From IMG/VR virus record IMGVR_UViG_2747842453_000002, positions 32,001-96,000 of that record: DNA of 64,000 nucleotides; one strand, written 5' to 3'. The position numbers and the translations under genes were made by a program. Each line of letters starts with the position of its first letter. The first letter of the stretch is position 1. Shown here in pieces: positions 48,380 to 57,179 of this stretch. The notes beneath the pieces were generated by a model that searched no databases, was not told the origin of the DNA, and worked only from the letters and a program-made list of their open reading frames with translations. Source of the stretch: a virus. Taxonomy: Duplodnaviria > Caudoviricetes.

Positions 48380-48489
48380 TTGTAAATAAATGGATCACGC
48401 TTACGAAGTTCTTCTAGTCGTTTTTTTAATTTCTTTTTATCTTTATATCGTGTATACGGATATATTATTATTTGCCATATTTTTTTCAT
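48376..48489 (-). CDS. 37-aa basic microprotein, not in ORF track
   Basis: MKKIWQIIIYPYTRYKDKKKLKKRLEELRKRDPFIYK; ATGA overlap with the carbamoyltransferase start. Confidence 0.7.
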   Translation of the reverse strand: MKKIWQIIIYPYTRYKDKKKLKKRLEELRKRDPFIYK

Positions 48490-48491
48490 TT

Positions 48492-48782
48492 TTAAAATAT
48501 TCCCATATTTACCAGTGTTATTAATATTATTACAGTAAAAACTTTTACTATGAACATTTTACCTATACCTTTTCCGGTATCTTTAACTGCTGGTCGCCAA
48601 GTTTCCCATCTGCCTATTTTTTTCCATTCTTCTTTAGATGTCCATAACCCGCCCACATGTTTGAGCCACTGTTTGAACGTTTTGTCATCGTGCTTCTTAC
48701 GTTCAGTATGCCAGGCATCTAATATTTCAAAAATATTCTTAATTCCCATATTATCATTCTCAATTAACGTAATGTATTTCAA
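48492..48782 (-). CDS. Hypothetical membrane protein
   Basis: C-terminal hydrophobic helix; true start may be downstream (MGIKNI). Confidence 0.55.
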   Translation of the reverse strand: MKYITLIENDNMGIKNIFEILDAWHTERKKHDDKTFKQWLKHVGGLWTSKEEWKKIGRWETWRPAVKDTGKGIGKMFIVKVFTVIILITLVNMGIF

Positions 48783-49032
48783 ACCATCCTAGCATAACTT
48801 TGCCATCTTCCGGAGTAGCGTTAAACCATTCTCCCTTAACTCTTTTGTGTGCATATTCCTTATGTAATGTTTTTTCTAAATTTCTAACTTCTTTTTCTTC
48901 TACTAAGATAGTATCAATTAGTTGAAGTTTGTTAGGATTTCCTGTTTGTAATGTCTTCAATCTTTTTTCTGGATTATTACTGAAACCAAACTTACATAAA
49001 TCTTTTCCATCAGATATGCAATATATATACAT
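48760..49032 (-). CDS. T5orf172/GIY-YIG-family protein
   Basis: YIYCI..KFGFS.NPEKRL..LQTGNP..LH..GEWF. Confidence 0.8.
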   Translation of the reverse strand: MYIYCISDGKDLCKFGFSNNPEKRLKTLQTGNPNKLQLIDTILVEEKEVRNLEKTLHKEYAHKRVKGEWFNATPEDGKVMLGWFEIHYVN

Positions 49033-49763
49033 TATCCATTGCCTTCACGTGTTCGTTTAATATCATCGAATATAATGTTAGCCCAATCTTTATGTGCTAT
49101 CTCATTAGGATGTAGAAATTTTTCATCGCCCTCTATATTATAATATAGTTCTTTATCATACATGTAAGTAAAAAATGTTTGTTCCTCATAAAGATGCTGC
49201 ATATCAATTTGTTTCATAACATTCTCCATCTCATATGTAGTACATATTTCAGAAAATCTGGTGGGATCAATAAGATTAGGTGTTAGATTTAAAGAATTAA
49301 ATAGCACATATTCTAGTTCTGCATTTTTTAAAAAGTTCTGCAGTGTAATAACATTAATAAGATATTGGTGAAAGTCGTATACAGGTGACCAGAAATGTTT
49401 CATATATAATGCATTCAGTTTCTTCAAATCATCATTTGTACTAGCATCTAGTCTTATATTACCATGATATTCAATTGCAGGTATATTGTGTATCAATAAG
49501 TTTTTATCTTCAATAAAATGTTCTTTTCTATTTGGAGTTGTTAATCCAATTGCAACAAACGGACGTTCACCATTAGCAAGCATATCACTTATTGTTTTAA
49601 TTGCTGTACGAACAATATAGAAATTAGAAACGCCTCTATCTGCCTCGGTTTGTGTTTGTTTTCTATCAAATCCTAATAGTTCCGCTAATTCATACGGCCA
49701 AGCATTTTCTTTATTTGCTAGTCCAGTGCCGTATGTAAAACTACATCCATTTGCATATAACAT
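49032..49763 (-). CDS. SGNH-hydrolase-like protein
   Basis: ANGCSFTYG and HPNEIAH; GATAAATA on the minus strand at 49797-49804. Confidence 0.65.
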   Translation of the reverse strand: MLYANGCSFTYGTGLANKENAWPYELAELLGFDRKQTQTEADRGVSNFYIVRTAIKTISDMLANGERPFVAIGLTTPNRKEHFIEDKNLLIHNIPAIEYHGNIRLDASTNDDLKKLNALYMKHFWSPVYDFHQYLINVITLQNFLKNAELEYVLFNSLNLTPNLIDPTRFSEICTTYEMENVMKQIDMQHLYEEQTFFTYMYDKELYYNIEGDEKFLHPNEIAHKDWANIIFDDIKRTREGNG

Positions 49764-49816
49764 ATTTAATATATCCTTTTTTATTATATTCGTAGTTATT
49801 TATCTTGAGAAAAGGG

Positions 49817-49845
49817 TTGACATTATAGACGAATCACTTTATAAA
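49817..49845 (+). promoter_or_regulatory. Early promoter with spacer CGAATC
   Basis: TTGACA-N7-CGAATC-N4-TATAAA. Confidence 0.8.
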
Positions 49846-49873
49846 GAATGTATAAGTTAGATAGGAAATAGTC

Positions 49874-50071
49874 ATGCATAAGAAAAACAGTTATTTCTTC
49901 GAAACAAAAGAAGAGGCTCTTTCGTATATTGAAGGTTTCAATACAAAAGAAACTGGGCGGCCAGATCGTGACACTCACATTCGTGGCCCATTCGTACACG
50001 ATAGCGGGCATGATGTTAGCGATCCCAATCGTCAAGTTGGGTTTGTAGTACACGTAGAAAAATACAGTTAA
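49874..50071 (+). CDS. Small early hypothetical protein
   Basis: Downstream of the promoter; AGGA RBS. Confidence 0.6.
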   Translation: MHKKNSYFFETKEEALSYIEGFNTKETGRPDRDTHIRGPFVHDSGHDVSDPNRQVGFVVHVEKYS

Positions 50072-50081
50072 GGAGAATATT

Positions 50082-50234
50082 ATGTGGTCAGTAACAGCAA
50101 AAAACTTTGGTGAAAATGCAGATAGTTTTCACGTCAGTGGCTTAACATATGATAATGCACGGGCATTGCACTCTAGTCTTAGTAATAGTGGCGAATGGGC
50201 TCAAGTTCGTAGTTATGAAGTAGTTACCAAGTAG
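50082..50234 (+). CDS. 50-aa early hypothetical protein, not in ORF track
   Basis: AAGGAG RBS; MWSVTAKNFG..YEVVTK. Confidence 0.6.
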   Translation: MWSVTAKNFGENADSFHVSGLTYDNARALHSSLSNSGEWAQVRSYEVVTK

Positions 50235-50281
50235 AAAAACTAGTCTGAATTCGAACCAAAAACATAACGAGATGAACTGAT

Positions 50282-51052
50282 ATGAACATTATGAATGCAC
50301 ACGACTTCGTAGATACCACACGTAATATCGATTTCGTAAATGAAAAACTTTACGGAAAACAGTCTATATCAAAAGTTCAGTTAGTTGCTCTTGCTATCAT
50401 GGCACAAAAGATTAACGGCGAATACGTTAAACGTGGCGGCAAGTCTGACTTTGTTGATATCTATGATCCCGAACTTGATGAAACGTTTCAACGCTTCGCA
50501 AAAGTTAAAGAAGCGAACCGCAATGTCATGGAAATTTTGGCAGAGAACAATTCTCTTATCACTATGGATGTCATGATAGAAGCACACGACATGATTAAAG
50601 GTCTCGAAATGGATTTTATGTTCAAAGTTCTCGGTGATAATATGAACGATTTTGAAACCAGTATACATGAATTTCTAGCAGAGAATGATGATAATCTCAA
50701 TGTTCGCTATCACATTGGTGTTGTTGCTTACATTCCAGAATATGTAAAACGTGATGCTAATAAAAAGAAATTAGAAGAACGTTCAGTTGGTTCTGAATAC
50801 ATTGGAAGTGAAGGCGATAAAGTTACCATAGACATTGAGATTATTTCTAAACGTCAGGCAACTGCTTGGGCCGGATGGAATGTTAATGCTATAACACCAG
50901 ACGGTAATCGTGTTTCATTCTTTACTACAAAAGATGAATTATCAGAAATGACAGGTGTTTTTAGTATTACTGCAAAAGTCAAAGATTGTAGCACAGTTTG
51001 GGGCAATTCAGATATCAAGGAGACCAGGTTGAATTATGTAAAAATATTATAA
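50282..51052 (+). CDS. Hypothetical protein with possible C-terminal OB-fold
   Basis: SEYIGSEGDKV..ITAKVK..ETRLNYVK. Confidence 0.65.
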   Translation: MNIMNAHDFVDTTRNIDFVNEKLYGKQSISKVQLVALAIMAQKINGEYVKRGGKSDFVDIYDPELDETFQRFAKVKEANRNVMEILAENNSLITMDVMIEAHDMIKGLEMDFMFKVLGDNMNDFETSIHEFLAENDDNLNVRYHIGVVAYIPEYVKRDANKKKLEERSVGSEYIGSEGDKVTIDIEIISKRQATAWAGWNVNAITPDGNRVSFFTTKDELSEMTGVFSITAKVKDCSTVWGNSDIKETRLNYVKIL

Positions 51053-51265
51053 GTAATATATCCATACTAATCCAGGTATTATAATAAAAAACTGTGGTAA
51101 AAAATTTAGTATAAGTGCTTTCTCATTTTGTTTCCAGCCTACATATATCCAACCAGATGCACCCAACATCTGTAGAAAACTATTCCATGGTGTCCATCCT
51201 TGCACGTGAAATAGCATTGCGGCAAGTATTATGATTGCACTGCCATATTTAATATAAGTAATCAA
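51047..51265 (-). CDS. Small multi-pass membrane protein
   Basis: Three hydrophobic segments in 72 aa. Confidence 0.6.
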   Translation of the reverse strand: MITYIKYGSAIIILAAMLFHVQGWTPWNSFLQMLGASGWIYVGWKQNEKALILNFLPQFFIIIPGLVWIYYL

Positions 51266-51266
51266 T

Positions 51267-51899
51267 CTATAACGCGCCTCTTTTACTACTTGCTAGTTTT
51301 ATTAAATCATCTAGTTCAGTGTATTCTATATAATTCATATACTTCTTATTCTTGTCCTGAACAAGTATTTTTTCTATTTCTGCTATATTAATATTCTTTG
51401 GTATGTGTAATTGTTGTTCAATACTATTTACATATTTTATACCATAAAGATATAATAATTCTTGACTTACAAATATATGTTTCTTATCCATGAAAAAATC
51501 TAATTGTTCTAAAAATCTAGGAGTAGTGTGGTGACCACGAACTCTAGTTTGTTGATGTTCTAATATATTACGGTCTCTACCAATAATCATATAAGTTACA
51601 GTATCAAATTTCTGTGTCGCATAATGGTGAAAGTTTTTAAAATCTGGTATCTTTGTTTCGCCATCAAATATATATGGTGCGCCCATACTGGTGTAATAAT
51701 AGTCGTGTGTTGTGGTATCAAAGTCTAGTAATAGTTCTGCATTTTCCCAACAATCTGCAAAGGGTTCCATGTCATGACCTTCCCAATATTTATGTTGTAG
51801 TGTTTTCCAAGCAAAAACGTTTTTATTACTACCAAATATCTTTGCATACAAATGATTACCACTGCCTTGTGGTCCTACTGCTATGACTAGTTGCTTCAT
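51267..51899 (-). CDS. P-loop/sulfotransferase-like protein
   Basis: AVGPQGSGN N-terminal loop; IIGRD. Confidence 0.45.
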   Translation of the reverse strand: MKQLVIAVGPQGSGNHLYAKIFGSNKNVFAWKTLQHKYWEGHDMEPFADCWENAELLLDFDTTTHDYYYTSMGAPYIFDGETKIPDFKNFHHYATQKFDTVTYMIIGRDRNILEHQQTRVRGHHTTPRFLEQLDFFMDKKHIFVSQELLYLYGIKYVNSIEQQLHIPKNINIAEIEKILVQDKNKKYMNYIEYTELDDLIKLASSKRGAL

Positions 51900-52567
51900 A
51901 CATCTATCTTTAAGTCGTATGTACTGAATAATCTATGCATTTCTGGGGTTGCTACACCCGTGACTAATAATGTAGAACGTGGGGTGCGTCCTGCATTTGC
52001 AGTACAATGAGGAGAGTTAAACCAATCAAAACTGTAAATCTCCCCGGCACGATATCCTGTATGAACAACATTACCATATTGTAAAAAGTGTCCAGGTTCC
52101 CAATCACCTAACATAATCATAAAACGATAAACTGTTGTAGGCTCTTTTTTATTCCATTTTTCTAATTTGTCTACATGTAAGTTCCATACTTGACCCGGCA
52201 TTTGTACATGGACTCGGCGTTGTACATCTCTATCATCACCTGGTAATAGATGTAATGCATCAGTCATTGATTGAAATATTGGTTCTATCTGATAATCTAA
52301 CTTAGTTAGTACCAAATCGGCAGGAGCACCAGTCTGTATCAAGTCTAATTCTTCTGCTTCAATATCTTCGCTACCGTTCGGACTGTCAATTGGATTACGT
52401 GTTCTCCAAGTAATGTCATTACTTTTTGCAATAGTACGTTCTAATGCTTCTTGCCAATCACCTTCAAATTTGCCGATATATCGCATGCCATCGTATGCTG
52501 GATCATGCTTAAATGGATCATAATGATAATTGTTTCTTGGCGATGTTTTTTCCCAATTGCTTTGCAT
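51896..52567 (-). CDS. 2OG-Fe(II) oxygenase/cupin-like protein
   Basis: HxD (LHVD), distal H (PHCTAN) and a downstream R. Confidence 0.6.
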   Translation of the reverse strand: MQSNWEKTSPRNNYHYDPFKHDPAYDGMRYIGKFEGDWQEALERTIAKSNDITWRTRNPIDSPNGSEDIEAEELDLIQTGAPADLVLTKLDYQIEPIFQSMTDALHLLPGDDRDVQRRVHVQMPGQVWNLHVDKLEKWNKKEPTTVYRFMIMLGDWEPGHFLQYGNVVHTGYRAGEIYSFDWFNSPHCTANAGRTPRSTLLVTGVATPEMHRLFSTYDLKIDV

Positions 52568-52585
52568 TACTTTCTCCTTGTAAAT

Positions 52586-52610
52586 TAGTGGAGGGAATAT
52601 CCCTCCACTA
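52586..52610. terminator. Perfect 11-bp inverted repeat (terminator or mRNA stabiliser after tctC-like gene)
   Basis: TAGTGGAGGGA-ATA-TCCCTCCACTA. Confidence 0.6.
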
Positions 52611-52623
52611 CGTTTATTTATTT

Positions 52624-53688
52624 TTATTCTGTAGGAAATAAGTTTTCTTTCAATACTGAATTCAGACCCAGTGCTTCTTTATTAAAACGAACTAGGGTAC
52701 GTAATGCATCTTCTGTGATAAATGTCATCAACGTATCACGCATCTGATTGCCACGCTCACCGATGAACCATTCATACTTACCATTCTTTGCTTCAATCGC
52801 AGCCATTGATTCTGGATCATTAGTCATTTTATTCATAGCAACAACTAAACGGTCACGCAACTCTGGGTTACCTTTGTTTACCCAAATTGCTTTCTGTAGA
52901 CCATCACGAAATGACTTAACTAATACGTATGCATTATAGAACTCACCTGATGGTTCAACACCATAACGTTCTTTAAACTGAATTTCAAATTGTGCACCTG
53001 GAAAGTTCGGGTCGTCAATATGCTTGCCTGTTGTAGGATCTAATAAACCGTGGTGAAACCATAGTTCTGCATTTTCATCTGGTGCAATATGTTTTTGATA
53101 AGTTGCCGGATTTTCACGTGAACCTGTTAAGTCGCCACGCTTAAATGCTAAACGTCTTTCGCCACCTGACATACCTTGTACCCAAGTTACGTTTTCACCG
53201 AAACATTCAATATATTCATCAAGTGATTTATCTGGTCCACAAATCATCATTGCGATTGCAAATGCTTCTGGAACAGCACCTGACGTACCAGCAAACACTG
53301 GTTTATCCATATCTGCGCCTTTAACTTTACCCATAATAATGTTCAAGTTCATAAGACCGATTGAGTCATACTCTGCATAATCGTAGTCCACATTCTCTTG
53401 TAGAAATGATACACCATTGCCACCATGTGTCACAACAATTGTATTTTCATCAAATCTTAGTTCATTATGGAATTTATTGATACCTGGAATATCTCGGGCG
53501 CCTGGAATATTTCGAATTGTAATACGCTCACCCAAATGTTTCTCTAGTTCTTTCATAATGATCTCAGTCCATACAGTGGTACCACCGCCAGGTTTTTGAG
53601 GGTTAACGACTGTAATATCCGCCGATACAGTTGATGCTAATAGCATTGTTCCTGCAATTGCACTAACAATAATATTTTTAATTTTCAT
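52624..53688 (-). CDS. TctC/Bug-like periplasmic substrate-binding protein
   Basis: Signal peptide; PQKPGGGT, NIPGA and GGERRLAFKRGD; adjacent to a TctA gene. Confidence 0.7.
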   Translation of the reverse strand: MKIKNIIVSAIAGTMLLASTVSADITVVNPQKPGGGTTVWTEIIMKELEKHLGERITIRNIPGARDIPGINKFHNELRFDENTIVVTHGGNGVSFLQENVDYDYAEYDSIGLMNLNIIMGKVKGADMDKPVFAGTSGAVPEAFAIAMMICGPDKSLDEYIECFGENVTWVQGMSGGERRLAFKRGDLTGSRENPATYQKHIAPDENAELWFHHGLLDPTTGKHIDDPNFPGAQFEIQFKERYGVEPSGEFYNAYVLVKSFRDGLQKAIWVNKGNPELRDRLVVAMNKMTNDPESMAAIEAKNGKYEWFIGERGNQMRDTLMTFITEDALRTLVRFNKEALGLNSVLKENLFPTE

Positions 53689-53723
53689 CTTTTTTTCTCC
53701 TATAATTTTTAGATGATCGTTTT

Positions 53724-55217
53724 TTATACAAAATCAATTTTTGCTTTGTTGAAAAATAAGCCCCAAATTGCTGCAACTACTGTCAATGAGATAAACACTG
53801 CAGGCATTGGTCTGAATAATAATTCTTCCCATCCATAGCCAAATGATGTAAACTGAACATAAGTTGTTTCTAATCTGTAACTTAAAATAAATCCAATCAA
53901 GAAACTCACCCGACTAAATTTAAAATACTTCATGCCTAATCCTAACATCATACAAATTGCCAACATAATATAATCGTCGATATAACCTGTATATTGTGTG
54001 CTACTCCATATCAATGAAGCGAGAATAGGCCAAAAATAATATTTAAATGGAATACTTGTAATATAAACCGCATATTTGATAAATGCATATGAAATAGGTA
54101 ATATAATCATAAGACTCCACAAGTAACTGCTTAATAAAACATCAAAGAAACGCTGGTCTTCTAGTACACTAGGTGTGCCTAATTCTAGTCCAACATACAT
54201 TAATAGTCCCATTACGATAACTTCAAACGGTGCTCCTGGTATTCCGAACAATACAGTTGGAACATACGATGTTGCTTTTTGTGCATTATTCGCACCTTCA
54301 CAACCTATAACGCCTCTAACATGTCCTTTGCCAACTGGTATTTCATCGTCTTCTGTGCCTTTTTTTGAAACTGCAACTGTTTGGCTGTAAGCAAACCAGT
54401 CTGCTATATTTCCACCTATACCTGGAACAAGTCCAACAAATCCACCGATAAGACCGCCACGCAATCCATCCCATTTCCATTTCCAAGTATCTTTGATGCC
54501 TTCTATTAACTGACCTTTAATAACTTGATTAGTTAATGTAATTTTTTGTGCTTTCATTCTGTATGCACTTAATAGTTCTGGGAACGCCAAAAGTCCAGCC
54601 ATTACAGGAATAATTTGTACTCCTGCTCCTAGATACTCCCAATCAAATGTCCATCTGTCTGCGGCTGTTTGGGGATCCATACCAATACGTCCAACAAGAA
54701 TGCCAAGTATAAGTGCAATCAAACCTCTGAACCAGTACTTACTAGAAACAAAAATAACACATGTCATAGCAAATATCAAGAACGAAAACATTTCTGCGGT
54801 ACCAAAATATAGTACAATTTTTGTATACCATGGCAAGAATAAGAATACTGCAAGTCCCCATATAAGACCATTAAGCCATGATGTTGAAATTGCAGCACTC
54901 AATGCCCTTGCTGCTTCGCCCCTACGTGACATTGGAAATCCATCTACCATAGTTGCAGCGGCACCACCGGCACCTGGTATGTTCATTACGATTCCACAGA
55001 AACTATCACCTATACTACTCGTAACAACAACTGCTGTTGTGAATACAACTAGCATATATGGATCTTGAAAATATGTCACGAATGAGTAAATAGCAATTAG
55101 ACCGGTTGTTGCTCCGGCAACAGGAATCAAGCCCACGAAAAATCCGTAAGCGACACCTGCCATTAGTATGAGAAAATATTGGGCGTGCTCCCCCAAGAAC
55201 TGTAGGATTACATCCAT
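53724..55217 (-). CDS. tctA: Tripartite tricarboxylate transporter large permease
   Basis: GLIPVAG, NIPG..AATMVDGFPM, GLVPGIGG and EGANNA..PTVLFGIPG; many TM helices. Confidence 0.88.
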   Translation of the reverse strand: MDVILQFLGEHAQYFLILMAGVAYGFFVGLIPVAGATTGLIAIYSFVTYFQDPYMLVVFTTAVVVTSSIGDSFCGIVMNIPGAGGAAATMVDGFPMSRRGEAARALSAAISTSWLNGLIWGLAVFLFLPWYTKIVLYFGTAEMFSFLIFAMTCVIFVSSKYWFRGLIALILGILVGRIGMDPQTAADRWTFDWEYLGAGVQIIPVMAGLLAFPELLSAYRMKAQKITLTNQVIKGQLIEGIKDTWKWKWDGLRGGLIGGFVGLVPGIGGNIADWFAYSQTVAVSKKGTEDDEIPVGKGHVRGVIGCEGANNAQKATSYVPTVLFGIPGAPFEVIVMGLLMYVGLELGTPSVLEDQRFFDVLLSSYLWSLMIILPISYAFIKYAVYITSIPFKYYFWPILASLIWSSTQYTGYIDDYIMLAICMMLGLGMKYFKFSRVSFLIGFILSYRLETTYVQFTSFGYGWEELLFRPMPAVFISLTVVAAIWGLFFNKAKIDFV

Positions 55218-55334
55218 AGTCTTATCCTTTAAAATTGTTTTTATTAGATTTAAGACATGCTGTTGTAACTCTACAATACATGATAATAATACGAATCCGT
55301 ATTACTTTTATTTATCTTTTATATACGTATATAA

Positions 55335-56012
55335 TTATTTTTTACGTAATACGAAATAAAATCTATCGTTATCGTCTTGGCGCAATGTTAAGACATCACA
55401 GTTAAGATATTTTGCAGCATTAGATATAAAAATAGGATCCCAGTCATAAAAGTTAATCCATTTAGCCTCTGGTTTATCATGTTGTATGCCTGGATTAACT
55501 CTGAAATATAAGAAACCACCAGTTCTAACTATTTCTACTACACTTTCAAGTTCTTTCAATATCTTATCACTACTACCGAAATTAATACTACCTAAACAAA
55601 TAGCAACATCATATTTTTGATCTGTCTTGTAATCCAGTGTATGAATATTAATATCCGCTCTATCATTATATGGATCAATACCAACTAAGTTTTTAATCTT
55701 TCCTTTAAACTCATTATATCCACATCCAATATCAATGACATGTTCTGGACTCATACTATTGACTTCATCAATAATTGCAAGACCACTATACTTAAACTTC
55801 TTTGTTTCAGGTTGCCAAACTTTACTAAAATAATTACATAATACTTCTCTGTCAATCTGTTCTGATAATGCATAAATTTCTGTATCTTCAATTTGCGACA
55901 GTTCTATGTTGAACACGCCATTAATTACCTGACAAAATGTATGTGTATCTAGACGCAATCGAGGATTACTTTTTAAAATTCTATCTAATTCAGTTAATAT
56001 TTTAAAGTTCAT
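55335..56012 (-). CDS. Class I SAM-dependent methyltransferase
   Basis: VIDIGCG, GIDP and CLGSINF. Confidence 0.75.
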   Translation of the reverse strand: MNFKILTELDRILKSNPRLRLDTHTFCQVINGVFNIELSQIEDTEIYALSEQIDREVLCNYFSKVWQPETKKFKYSGLAIIDEVNSMSPEHVIDIGCGYNEFKGKIKNLVGIDPYNDRADINIHTLDYKTDQKYDVAICLGSINFGSSDKILKELESVVEIVRTGGFLYFRVNPGIQHDKPEAKWINFYDWDPIFISNAAKYLNCDVLTLRQDDNDRFYFVLRKK

Positions 56013-56555
56013 TTAATTGTTCAAACCATTTATATATGTTGTCACGAATATATCACTATGCTCTACGTGTTGATTCCATTGTAACATATGTTTCTGTGCA
56101 AAGTCAAGTATTAATTTATTCTGTTGTTTAATTTCTTTCTTCATGCCGTCAACATCAACATACCATTCATAGTTAGGATAAGTTATATTAAACCCACCTG
56201 CTTCTAGCCACCACTTTAAACTCGCATCATTTGGTCTGTATACTAATTGTATATCAGCATGTGGATATTGTTCGATTATCTGATCAAAATAATAGGGCCA
56301 TTCGTGACTCATTAATAACTTAATACCTGTACTATTAAACGGTGCTAATAAGTTTTCTATACTAAGATCCACCGGAAACTCCATTCCTGTACCAAAGTAA
56401 CTCTCACAGTGACCAGAAAAATCATTATGTTTATAAACTCTGTGAGGTGCTCTATCACTAGTGTCATATTTAGGATCTTGTTTTATCTCTCTGGCAATGC
56501 CACTCCACCGAGATCCAGGTACACCTGTAAAGAATATTAGTTTTGAATCATTCAT
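56013..56555 (-). CDS. P-loop/sulfotransferase-like protein
   Basis: FFTGVPGSRWS, MSH and LVYR pattern. Confidence 0.45.
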   Translation of the reverse strand: MNDSKLIFFTGVPGSRWSGIAREIKQDPKYDTSDRAPHRVYKHNDFSGHCESYFGTGMEFPVDLSIENLLAPFNSTGIKLLMSHEWPYYFDQIIEQYPHADIQLVYRPNDASLKWWLEAGGFNITYPNYEWYVDVDGMKKEIKQQNKLILDFAQKHMLQWNQHVEHSDIFVTTYINGLNN

Positions 56556-57163
56556 TTAATTATCACTCTAACAACACCAAAAAACGGATCACGATGCACT
56601 GTATTATGATATACAATTTCTACATCTTGATCAATAGTTCTGTTATTTAGTTTAGCAAGATACCAGTATAATTGATCATTTGCTAGATGTGTGTATATTT
56701 CTTCTCGGGTGGTTTCTTTTTGTCCATGCCAAAAGTATTCTACATCACCATATTGTTTCCAGGTTTCAATTTTTTTCCATTCATCAATGGGCTGATTTTC
56801 ATTGAAACTTATCCACATTTTATCACACTTGGATAGTGCACGTTCTAGATTTTCATGTATGTTTCCAAAATGCAAACTGTTCACAGCGATTCCATAATTA
56901 AATTTTTGCAAGTCTTCAAATGCTTTATCATCTATATATGCAAATGTATCTGCTTCCAGTGTTCGATCTACACCATATATATTAGGATAAAATAATTTTA
57001 AATTATTTTCACCACATCCAATATCTAAGATATTATTATCGCAACTTTCAATGAAGTTATATAAACTTGTATTCATAAAGTATGGCATATAATCACCACG
57101 ACGGCTAGTATATTGAAGTTGTCTTATATAAAACTGCCAAGTATCGTCATAATGCTTTATCAT
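56552..57163 (-). CDS. Class I SAM-dependent methyltransferase
   Basis: ILDIGCG, GVD and NSLHF; start adjusted. Confidence 0.7.
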   Translation of the reverse strand: MIKHYDDTWQFYIRQLQYTSRRGDYMPYFMNTSLYNFIESCDNNILDIGCGENNLKLFYPNIYGVDRTLEADTFAYIDDKAFEDLQKFNYGIAVNSLHFGNIHENLERALSKCDKMWISFNENQPIDEWKKIETWKQYGDVEYFWHGQKETTREEIYTHLANDQLYWYLAKLNNRTIDQDVEIVYHNTVHRDPFFGVVRVIIK

Positions 57164-57179
57164 TGTGTTCTTTCTTTTC

